This document shows positions 27,564 to 35,128 of a stretch of DNA of 64,000 nt, piece by piece; the first letter of the stretch is position 1, and the number at the start of each line of letters is the position of its first letter. The position numbers and the translations under genes are program-made. The notes below the pieces were generated by a model. That model worked only from the letters and a program-made list of their open reading frames with translations. It did no database searches and was not told the DNA's origin. The stretch comes from Bacteroidales bacterium (GTDB lineage: Bacteria; Bacteroidota; Bacteroidia; Bacteroidales; JAGOPY01), in contig JALNZD010000010.1 of NCBI GenBank assembly GCA_023229505.1, positions 25,189 to 89,188 on the forward strand. The letters are read 5' to 3'.

Positions 27564-30092
27564 TCTTGATAATTTGTAAACCTCAAACCAGGTTATGCTG
27601 AATATCCCGGCCACAATGCAAATCAGGGCATTCGTAAACTGGATCCTTTCAAATTGAAACAAATCCATCAGGAAAGGAATATTCAGGATTAGAATTAAAA
27701 ATACGACAGCTCCACCGGCAATCCATTTAACGGTCTTATTTGGTGTTGCCAGTATCTGGAAAATATTTCTTGTCCAGGAACGGTTCGACAAAATAATGGC
27801 AATATTGGAGACAATAAGGGTCAGGAAAGACATCGCCCTGACCGTCTTTTCACTATAACCTAAATGCAGGTAGCTGAAATAAACCGCTAAAACAATTACC
27901 AGAACGCTGCATCCCTGTAAACAACTTAATAATATCTTTTTCCTATTGAAGAAAGGTTCATCTATTTTCTTCGGTGGCCTGTTCATCACATTCTTCTCCG
28001 CTTTTTCAGCTTCAAAGATGATGGAGCAGGCCGGATCAATGATCAATTCAAGGAATACGATATGCACCGGCCACAAAAGCAGGGGAAGGTCTGCAAAAAA
28101 AACAGGGATTAGCGATAGTCCTGCAATCGGCACGTGAATGGCAAAAATATAGCCAAGCGCTTTCTGAAGGTTATCAAAAATCCTTCGTCCCATCCTGATA
28201 GCACCCACGATAGATGAAAAATTATCATCCATGAGTACCAGGGAAGAGGCTTCACGGGCAACGTCCGTGCCTTTTTCACCCATGGCGATACCGATATTTG
28301 CAGCTTTCAATGCGGGTGCATCATTTACCCCGTCACCGGTCATGGCGACAATCTCCCTGTTTTTTTTCAGTGCATTGACAATTTTCAGCTTTTGTTCTGG
28401 GATGACCCGGGCGAATATGTTAACATCCCTGATCTTTTCGCACAATTTCTCCTCGCTCATTTCGTTTAGCTCCTGTCCTGTGATGCAAGATTCATGGTTC
28501 CTTAAACCGATTTCCCGTGCAATGTTTTTTGCAGTTACCGGATAATCTCCGGTTATCATGATCACCCGGATACCGGCTTTATAGCATTCGCTGACGGCCA
28601 CTTCCACATTTTCCCTGATCGGGTCCGACAATCCGATCAATCCAATAAAATCAAAATGGAAATCATGCTGCGTTTCCGGAAAAACATTTGAGCTGATGGT
28701 TGATTTAGCCACGCCCAAGACTCTTAATCCTTTTTGGGCTAATTTTTCAATGGATTTGGAAAGATGTTCAATTTTTTCTTTTGGAAGGTGGCATAAGTCA
28801 AAAATGGCTTCAGGTGCACCTTTCGATGCAATAGTATATTCATTTGTCCCTGCTTTTTTGAAAACCCTGGACATGGCCAGCATCTCTCTTGAAAGCGGGT
28901 ATTCCTTAAGCATTTCCCAATCAGTATGCTCATGTTCCGTGCCTTCAAAATAACTTTCTCCAATGCTGTTAATGGCTTTTTCCATTGGGTCGAAAGGATT
29001 GACCTGGCTTGAAAGAATCCCATATTCGATAATTTCATGAAATTCTTCCGGAAACACTTTATTATTAGAGATGTCCAGAAATTCCTTTCCATTGAACAGA
29101 TCGGTGACGGTCATTTTATTTTGCGTCAGCGTACCTGTTTTATCCGTGCACAACACCGTTGCGGAACCCAGGGTTTCAACGGCCGCCGGTTTCCTGGTGA
29201 GTACACTTTTTTTGGACATGCGCCAGGCGCCAAGGGCTAAAAATATAGTCAGAACTACTGGAAATTCTTCCGGAAGCATCGCCATGGCAAGTGTAATACC
29301 CGCGAGGAAGCCTTTCAGTAAATCTCCCCTTGTCAGGGTGTAGACAATAATAACAAGGATACACAGGATGATCCCGATAATAGCAAGCCTTTTCACAAGC
29401 GTGCCCATTTCTTTTTTCAGTTTGGTAGGCTCCTCTTCAACTTCCTCAAGGGCTTTGCCGATCTGCCCGATCTCCGTGTTCATTCCTGTTGCCAGCACCT
29501 TTGCAATGCCATTGCCCTGAACCACCATCGAACCGGAATAAATAAAAGGCAAATCATCACCCCCCGGCTGTTGTGATTTATCCGATTCGTTCCACTCCGT
29601 TTTTCTTACCGGAACGGATTCTCCCGTCAGCAACGATTCGTCAACCATCAGGCTAAGCGTGTGCAGCATGGCTGCATCCGCCGGGACCCTGTCACCTTCC
29701 TGTAAAACTACAATGTCACCCGTTACCACTTCCCTGCCCGCGATCCTTCTTTCCTGGCCATAACGGATAACAAGGGCACGCGGGCTTGCGAGGTCTTTCA
29801 GTGCATCAAGGGCCTTTTCCGTTTTCTTCTCCTGGTAAAACTCTATCCCCATGACCACAAAGACAAAACCAAGCAGCATGATGCCTTCCTGGATGTCGCC
29901 TAAAACGAGGTATAATGTGCCGCAAGCCACTAACAGTAAAAACATTGGCTCTTTAATGACACCAAAAGCAATGGATAAAATATTTTTAGGCTTGGATGAG
30001 GGAAGTTCGTTGTATCCCTCAATTCGAAGCTTTTCAGCAGCTTCTGCTTCGGTCAATCCTTTAAATTTCCCTGAATTGAGATTAATCTGCAT
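27558..30092 (-). CDS. Cation-transporting P-type ATPase (type II, Ca2+/Mg2+-like)
   Basis: CTDKTGTLTQN phosphorylation site, MITGDYPVTA, VAMTGDGVNDAPALKAANIGIAMG, about 10 TM segments. Confidence 0.9.
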   Translation of the reverse strand: MQINLNSGKFKGLTEAEAAEKLRIEGYNELPSSKPKNILSIAFGVIKEPMFLLLVACGTLYLVLGDIQEGIMLLGFVFVVMGIEFYQEKKTEKALDALKDLASPRALVIRYGQERRIAGREVVTGDIVVLQEGDRVPADAAMLHTLSLMVDESLLTGESVPVRKTEWNESDKSQQPGGDDLPFIYSGSMVVQGNGIAKVLATGMNTEIGQIGKALEEVEEEPTKLKKEMGTLVKRLAIIGIILCILVIIVYTLTRGDLLKGFLAGITLAMAMLPEEFPVVLTIFLALGAWRMSKKSVLTRKPAAVETLGSATVLCTDKTGTLTQNKMTVTDLFNGKEFLDISNNKVFPEEFHEIIEYGILSSQVNPFDPMEKAINSIGESYFEGTEHEHTDWEMLKEYPLSREMLAMSRVFKKAGTNEYTIASKGAPEAIFDLCHLPKEKIEHLSKSIEKLAQKGLRVLGVAKSTISSNVFPETQHDFHFDFIGLIGLSDPIRENVEVAVSECYKAGIRVIMITGDYPVTAKNIAREIGLRNHESCITGQELNEMSEEKLCEKIRDVNIFARVIPEQKLKIVNALKKNREIVAMTGDGVNDAPALKAANIGIAMGEKGTDVAREASSLVLMDDNFSSIVGAIRMGRRIFDNLQKALGYIFAIHVPIAGLSLIPVFFADLPLLLWPVHIVFLELIIDPACSIIFEAEKAEKNVMNRPPKKIDEPFFNRKKILLSCLQGCSVLVIVLAVYFSYLHLGYSEKTVRAMSFLTLIVSNIAIILSNRSWTRNIFQILATPNKTVKWIAGGAVVFLILILNIPFLMDLFQFERIQFTNALICIVAGIFSITWFEVYKLSRR

Positions 30093-30168
30093 GATAAATA
30101 CTCAAATTAGCTTTTATAAATACATCAGCAAGATAATCAAAATTCTTATGCGCCATGCTGTACTGGAG

Positions 30169-30206
30169 ACAAAAAGAGGGTTTCTGACACTAAAATCAGA
30201 AACCCC
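30169..30206 (-). terminator. Rho-independent terminator of kbl
   Basis: On the minus strand: ggggtttctga-ttttagtg-tcagaaaccc followed by tcttttt. A 10-bp perfect stem about 45 nt after the kbl stop. Confidence 0.7.
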
Positions 30207-30215
30207 ATTACTATC

Positions 30216-30248
30216 TTGACTGCCGACTGTCAACAGTTGACTGTCGAC
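30216..30248. repeat. Stutter repeat abutting the kbl stop codon (21-bp period)
   Basis: ttgactgccgac tgtcaacag ttgactgtcgac. The two 12-mers differ at one base, and the second ends at the base before the stop codon (30249-30251). Confidence 0.8.
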
Positions 30249-31490
30249 TTATTTAATCATCTCCAGCTCTTTTCCCACCTTGATAAACGCGGTAATCGCG
30301 TGATCCAAGTGATGCTGGTCATGTCCCGCCGAGATTTGCACTCGGATGCGGTCCTTTCCTTTGGGTACCACCGGGAAGGAGAATGCGATCACGTAAACGC
30401 CTTCTTCCAGCATACGGTTTGCAAACTTGACAGCCAGTTTGGAACAGTCGGGATATTTGCCGAACATGATCGGAACGATCGGGTGGTCGCCTGCGACGAT
30501 ATCAAAGCCGGCTTCCGTCATTTTTGCACGGAAATATTTGGTGTTTCTTTCCAGCTTATCGCGAAGCTCGGTGGTGGATGAAAGCATATCGAGCACCTGT
30601 ATCGTTCCACTCACCACGGCCGGGGCAACGGTGTTGGAGAACAGGTAAGGACGTGCCTTGTTGCGCATCCATGAGATGATCTCTTTGCTGCTGGAGATAC
30701 AGCCGCCGGATGCTCCTCCAAGTGCTTTTCCAAAGGTAGTGGTAATGATGTCCACCCTGCCCATCACACCGCGGTATTCATGCGTTCCACGGCCGGTCTT
30801 TCCCATAAAGCCCGATGAATGGCTATCGTCGACCATCACCATCGCATCATATTTTTCGGCAAGGTCGCATATCTCCTTCAACCGTGCCACGTCTCCATCC
30901 ATGCTGAAAGCTCCGTCGGTGGTAATCAACCTGAAACGGCAATCTTTAGCTTCCTTAAGGCATCTCTCAAGACCTTTGGCCATTTTGCCCGTGGCGGGAT
31001 CTTCTTCTTCCACATCCCGAAAATCGTTGTGCTTGTAAATCCAGCGTTGGGCCTTACAAAGGCGGATCCCGTCGATAATTGAGGCATGGTTTAGTGCGTC
31101 AGTAATGATTGCATCCTCAGTACCAAGCAGCGGTTCAAAAACAGCTCCGTTTGCATCAAAGCATGAGGAGAATAGGATAGTATCTTCCATACCGAGGAAT
31201 TTCGAAACTTTCATTTCCAGTTCCTTGTGAATATCCTGCGTGCCACAGATGAAACGCACGGATGACATTCCGTATCCACGTTCTTCAATTCCTTTGTGAG
31301 CGGCTTTGATCACATCCGGGTGGGAGGAAAGGCCGAGGTAGTTATTTGCGCAAAAATTCAGGCATTTTTTGCCTTTTACAATGATTTCAGCGCCCTGTTC
31401 GCTTTCAATGATGCGTTCGTGTTTGAATAGCCCGGCATCCTCAATGGTTTTGAGTTCATTTGCCAGGAAGTCTTTCATTTTGCCGATCAT
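30249..31490 (-). CDS. kbl: Glycine C-acetyltransferase / 2-amino-3-ketobutyrate CoA ligase
   Basis: Colinear with E. coli Kbl: FCANNYLGL, VRFICGTQD.HKELE, SCFDANG, ALNHASIIDG.RLCKA, VDDSH..GF.G..GRG..EY, GRVDIIT.T.GKALGG (PLP lysine), ASGG. Confidence 0.9.
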   Translation of the reverse strand: MIGKMKDFLANELKTIEDAGLFKHERIIESEQGAEIIVKGKKCLNFCANNYLGLSSHPDVIKAAHKGIEERGYGMSSVRFICGTQDIHKELEMKVSKFLGMEDTILFSSCFDANGAVFEPLLGTEDAIITDALNHASIIDGIRLCKAQRWIYKHNDFRDVEEEDPATGKMAKGLERCLKEAKDCRFRLITTDGAFSMDGDVARLKEICDLAEKYDAMVMVDDSHSSGFMGKTGRGTHEYRGVMGRVDIITTTFGKALGGASGGCISSSKEIISWMRNKARPYLFSNTVAPAVVSGTIQVLDMLSSTTELRDKLERNTKYFRAKMTEAGFDIVAGDHPIVPIMFGKYPDCSKLAVKFANRMLEEGVYVIAFSFPVVPKGKDRIRVQISAGHDQHHLDHAITAFIKVGKELEMIK

Positions 31491-31724
31491 GGGATATGAA
31501 TTTATAAAGTTTAGTAAAGTGTTAATGAATTAACAAAGTGTTGCAAAGATAATTTTTTCATGAAATGGATTGTCATTAAGGATGAAATCTTTATCAGGGA
31601 AAAGACGATCAGCTGATTAGAGATATCTGAACTGTTATTCCTTCGATAATGTAAGGTTTTAACAGTTTTTGCGGATTTTGCAATAATTTTCTGACTAAAT
31701 TATCAAGACTGCCTGCTAATTCAA

Positions 31725-32024
31725 TTAGGCAACGTTTTCTTTATGCTTCTTGATTACCTTAAATTCATCTTTCTTCAGGTGTATTTCTTCTTCAATATCA
31801 AAATCATTCTGTAGTCCGAGCCAGAATTTCGCCGAATTGCCAAAATAATTACTTAACCTCAATGCAGTGTCAGCGGTGATCCGCCGCCTCCCTTTTAAGA
31901 TTTCACTAACCCTGGTTTGAGGAATATTAATGTCCTTTGACAATTTATAAGCAGAAATATTCAAAGGGATTAAAAATTCTTCTAATAAAATCTCACCGGG
32001 ATGTATGTTATTAAGCTTTTCCAT
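31725..32024 (-). CDS. higA: HigA-family antitoxin (XRE-type HTH)
   Basis: IHPGEILLEEFL..L.ISAYKLSKDINIPQTRVSEILKGRRRITADTALRLSNYFGNSAKFWLGLQ is the classical HigA/VapI pattern. Lies 11 bp downstream of higB. Confidence 0.85.
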   Translation of the reverse strand: MEKLNNIHPGEILLEEFLIPLNISAYKLSKDINIPQTRVSEILKGRRRITADTALRLSNYFGNSAKFWLGLQNDFDIEEEIHLKKDEFKVIKKHKENVA

Positions 32025-32035
32025 TTTCTTAAATT

Positions 32036-32317
32036 TTAATGATAATCAATTATTTCGACATTAAAAGAATGCCCGTTTTCCCAATGAAAGATAATCCTCC
32101 ATTGGTCATTTATTCTTATGCTATGATAATCCTTTAGTTCACCTTTGAGTTTTTCCAAATTGTTAGACGGAGGAATTATCAAATCATTCAAATTCACAGA
32201 ATTATTAAGCATTCTAAGTTTTCGTCTGGCGATATGCTGAATTTCATCTGGTAACTTTTTGGATCTGATACCATTCCAAATTTTTTCAGTTTCTTTAGAT
32301 CCGAAAGATTGAATCAT
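32036..32317 (-). CDS. higB: HigB-family toxin (plasmid maintenance system killer, RelE superfamily)
   Basis: MIQSFGSKETEKIWNG....LP.EIQ..A.RKL.ML......NDL..PP.N.LE.LKG.LK...SIRIN.QWRI.F.W. Toxin-first gene order is typical of higBA. Confidence 0.85.
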   Translation of the reverse strand: MIQSFGSKETEKIWNGIRSKKLPDEIQHIARRKLRMLNNSVNLNDLIIPPSNNLEKLKGELKDYHSIRINDQWRIIFHWENGHSFNVEIIDYH

Positions 32318-32397
32318 AGTAACGTATTACAATACTAACGCCAAAAGTAATTATTAAATTTTAAATATCCAAATAGAAAATGTGGCCTACCGGTATA

Positions 32398-32505
32398 GGC
32401 TAAGAGCAGGCGGGCATTAAATTCCATGTTACTGTCTACCGAGACCAAAGTTTATTAAAGGTAATCACTTTCAATTTAGGACTTTCCGCCCGTTTGCTTT
32501 TAGCC
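32398..32505 (+). repeat. 108-bp element bounded by 18-bp inverted repeats (MITE-like or structured RNA)
   Basis: ggctaagagcaggcgggc (32398-32415) pairs with gcccgtttgcttttagcc (32488-32505). 15 of 18 pairs are Watson-Crick and the 3 exceptions are all G-T when read on the + strand. Confidence 0.5.
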
Positions 32506-32753
32506 AATGTTGGGCAATACATACTAAAAATATGAATAATGTATGTTTCATTTTTTACATGTTGAAACGTCAGTATAAACCCATTGCATTTATCGACTTC
32601 ATGAGTATAATAAACTCATTATGTTTATTCCCCCAAATTTAACGAATAAAATGTACTTAAAGATGATCATTTTTTATGTTTTATAAATGACTGATCAATT
32701 CAGATCCTTCGTAATTGTTTTTACCGGAAGAACGTGATTATAAATAAGTTTTT

Positions 32754-32761
32754 TACTTTTG
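32754..32761 (+). promoter_or_regulatory. Candidate -7 box (TAnnTTTG) for tdh
   Basis: tacttttg, 40 nt upstream of ATG 32801. Confidence 0.4.
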
Positions 32762-32800
32762 CCGCAAATTGTTAATTATTTCACAAAAAACTAGTTGAAC

Positions 32801-33763
32801 ATGAAAAAGATACTCGTCATTGGTGCTGTAGGTCAGATCGGATCCGAGCTGACCATGCGCTTAAGGGAAGTTTACGGTTCATCGAATGTTGTGGCCGGCT
32901 ACCGCAAAACCGAACCCGGTAAAGAATTAGCAGAATCCGGACCGCTGGAAAGGGTGGATGCCACCGAACCGGAAAGACTGGCTGAAATAGTTAAGAAATA
33001 TAAAATCGATGCGATCTATAACCTGGCTGCCCTGCTCTCCGCCGTAGCCGAAGGAAATCCGACTATGGCATGGAACGTTGGAGTAGGCGGCGTGTTCAAT
33101 TGTCTTGAAGTGGCCCGTGAAAATAAGTGCGCCGTTTTCTTCCCCAGCTCTATCGGCGCTTTCGGACCCACTACCCCGCTCGATAACACACCCCAGGATA
33201 CCATCCAGCGACCCACCACCATGTACGGCGTGACCAAAGTAACAGGCGAACTGCTCAGTGATTATTATTACAAAAAGTTCGGCGTGGATACCCGCGGCTT
33301 GCGATACCCTGGCATCATTTCAAATGTAACTCTGCCCGGCGGCGGTACTACTGACTATGCAGTGGAGATATACTATGCGGCCATCAAGGAGAAAAAATTC
33401 ACCTGTCCCCTGCCCGCCGGCACTTTCCTCGATATGATGTATATGCCTGACGCACTCGACGCAGCCATCGACGTGATGGAAGCCGATCCGTCAAAACTCA
33501 AGCACCGCAATGCTTTCAACGTCTCCGCCATGAGCTTCGACCCGGAGATCATCTATAAGGAGATCAAAAAACATATCCCCGACTTTGTTATGACCTATGA
33601 TGTCGACCTGATGAAAAAAGGCATCGCCGACTCATGGCCGAACAGCATGGACGATAGCGCCGCCCGCGCCGAATGGGGCTGGAACCCGAAATGGAAGCTC
33701 GACAACATGACGGTTGATATGCTGAAGGTTATTGGTGAGAAGCATAAACTGGGACTTATCTAA
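32801..33763 (+). CDS. tdh: L-threonine 3-dehydrogenase, SDR/epimerase-like type
   Basis: ATG 32801 is preferred over TTG 32795. GAVGQIGSEL Rossmann motif, YGVTKV (YxxxK), RYPGIIS...PGGGTTDYAVEI. Colinear by eye with the mammalian/archaeal-type short-chain TDH. Functional partner of kbl. Confidence 0.8.
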   Translation: MKKILVIGAVGQIGSELTMRLREVYGSSNVVAGYRKTEPGKELAESGPLERVDATEPERLAEIVKKYKIDAIYNLAALLSAVAEGNPTMAWNVGVGGVFNCLEVARENKCAVFFPSSIGAFGPTTPLDNTPQDTIQRPTTMYGVTKVTGELLSDYYYKKFGVDTRGLRYPGIISNVTLPGGGTTDYAVEIYYAAIKEKKFTCPLPAGTFLDMMYMPDALDAAIDVMEADPSKLKHRNAFNVSAMSFDPEIIYKEIKKHIPDFVMTYDVDLMKKGIADSWPNSMDDSAARAEWGWNPKWKLDNMTVDMLKVIGEKHKLGLI

Positions 33764-33765
33764 AG

Positions 33766-33797
33766 AGTGTTAAGGTTTAAGTGTTGAGGTTTAAGTT
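33766..33797 (+). repeat. 14-nt stutter repeat x2.3 starting 2 nt after the tdh stop codon
   Basis: agtgttaaggttta agtgttgaggttta agtt. Confidence 0.85.
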
Positions 33798-33835
33798 CGG
33801 GATTATTTTAAGATCCCGATAGAGCGATCCTCGAG

Positions 33836-33880
33836 ATTCGATATTCGAAGTAAGGCCAAAGAATATTTCGAATATCGAAT
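33836..33880 (+). terminator. AT-rich 14-bp-stem hairpin, possible tdh terminator
   Basis: attcgatattcgaa (33836-33849) and ttcgaatatcgaat (33867-33880) are perfect complements. The structure is followed by a T-rich (cttt)n tract. Confidence 0.4.
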
Positions 33881-33889
33881 ATCTAATAT

Positions 33890-33909
33890 CTTTCTTTCTT
33901 TCTTTCTTT
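33890..33909. repeat. Tetranucleotide microsatellite (CTTT)x5
   Basis: ctttctttctttctttcttt, directly abutting the mnmA -7 box. Confidence 0.9.
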
Positions 33910-33916
33910 ACCTTTG
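33909..33916 (+). promoter_or_regulatory. Candidate -7 box (TAnnTTTG) for mnmA, implying a near-leaderless mRNA
   Basis: tacctttg ends 4 nt before ATG 33921. Confidence 0.4.
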
Positions 33917-33920
33917 CCCC

Positions 33921-34988
33921 ATGCAAATCGCTGCCCTTGTTTCAGGTGGAGTCGACAGTTCCGTCATTGTTCCCTTATTGAAAGATCAAGGGTATGATCC
34001 GGTCATTTTTTACATCCAGATCGGGATGGACAACGAACCTGGCTTCATGGACTGCCCGTCGGAAGAGGATATCGAGATCACAACTTTCATCGCCAAAAAA
34101 TACGGCTGCCGCTTTGAAATTGCTAACCTGCACGAAGAATACTGGAACCGGGTAGTGAATTACACAATCGATTCCATCCGTCATGGCTTTACCCCAAACC
34201 CAGATGTGATGTGCAACCTGTTTATCAAATTCGGAAGCTTTGAAGACAAATTCGGAAAAGACTTCGACAGGATTGCAACCGGCCACTATGCCCGGAGGAT
34301 TGATGAAGGGGGAAAAGCTTACCTTGGAACCGCTATCGACCAGAAAAAAGACCAGACATACTTTCTAGGCAGGATTACATACCATCAACTCTCGAAAGCC
34401 ATGTTTCCCCTGGCAGACCTGGAAAAGAAAGACGTCAGGAAGATGGCCCGCAACCTGAAGCTCCCCAGCGCTGAACGGCCCGACAGCCAGGGTATCTGCT
34501 TTCTCGGAAAGATCAACTACAATGAGTTCATCAAACGATATGCCGGTGAAAAGGAGGGGGACATTATCGAACTGGAAACCGGGAAAATCCTTGGCAAACA
34601 CAAAGGCTTCTGGTTTCATACTATCGGCCAGCGAAAAGGCCTGGGCCTCAGCCAGGGTCCGTGGTTCGTCGTTAAAAAGGACATTCCCGGTAATATCGTT
34701 TACGTTTCAAACGGATATAATCCGGTTGCACAACATCAGGAGGTGATTTTGCTCGCCGATTTTCTCTTTATCAATGAAAAACCCGACCGGGATTATTCTG
34801 TCGCCCAGCCGGTGCATTTCAAGATCCGCCACCAGCCTGAGTTTAATGAAGGCTTGATGGTCCGGGAAGGAGAGGGGAATTATCGGATTGACAGCGTTAA
34901 TAGCATTGCCGGCGTTGCCCCCGGACAGTTCGGTGTAGTTTACACCACCGATAACAGGATATGTCTGGGGAGCGGAGTGATTACATAA
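33921..34988 (+). CDS. mnmA: tRNA 2-thiouridine(34) synthase MnmA-family protein
   Basis: PP-loop SGGVDSSV, KDQTYFL, DSQGICFLG, C-terminal barrel. 355 aa. Confidence 0.8.
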   Translation: MQIAALVSGGVDSSVIVPLLKDQGYDPVIFYIQIGMDNEPGFMDCPSEEDIEITTFIAKKYGCRFEIANLHEEYWNRVVNYTIDSIRHGFTPNPDVMCNLFIKFGSFEDKFGKDFDRIATGHYARRIDEGGKAYLGTAIDQKKDQTYFLGRITYHQLSKAMFPLADLEKKDVRKMARNLKLPSAERPDSQGICFLGKINYNEFIKRYAGEKEGDIIELETGKILGKHKGFWFHTIGQRKGLGLSQGPWFVVKKDIPGNIVYVSNGYNPVAQHQEVILLADFLFINEKPDRDYSVAQPVHFKIRHQPEFNEGLMVREGEGNYRIDSVNSIAGVAPGQFGVVYTTDNRICLGSGVIT

Positions 34989-34990
34989 AA

Positions 34991-35075
34991 AGTGTTGAGT
35001 GTAAAGGTTTAAGGGTTGAGTTAGGGACTATTTAATTTTGAATTTTAAGTTTTAAATTTTGAATTCGGGTGTTCT
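34991..35075 (+). repeat. Intergenic repeat element homologous to 33766-33818 and, inverted, to 9843-9890
   Basis: Starts 2 nt after the mnmA stop: agtgttgagtgtaaaggtttaagggttgagttagggactattt... (compare agtgttaaggtttaagtgttgaggtttaagttcgggattattt at 33766). Then taattttgaattttaagttttaaattttgaattcggg (compare the reverse complement of 9851-9890, taattttaaattttaaattttaagttcggg). Confidence 0.7.
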
Positions 35076-35128
35076 ATGTTGTGAACCTTTTAACAATTTA
35101 GCAATTTGACAATTTAACAGTTTATTTC

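Noticed and set aside
32532-32642. 36-aa ORF (MNNVCFIFYMLKRQYKPIAFIDFMSIINSLCLFPQI) in the higB-tdh spacer
   Set aside because: No promoter box or conservation could be assessed. An AT-rich spacer easily yields such short frames, so it is not reported as a gene.
33890-33909. (CTTT)x5 microsatellite as a phase-variation switch for mnmA
   Set aside because: Only five units are present and the gene is a housekeeping tRNA-modification enzyme. This is more likely a T-rich tail of the upstream hairpin or part of the stutter-repeat phenomenon. It is kept as a repeat feature only.
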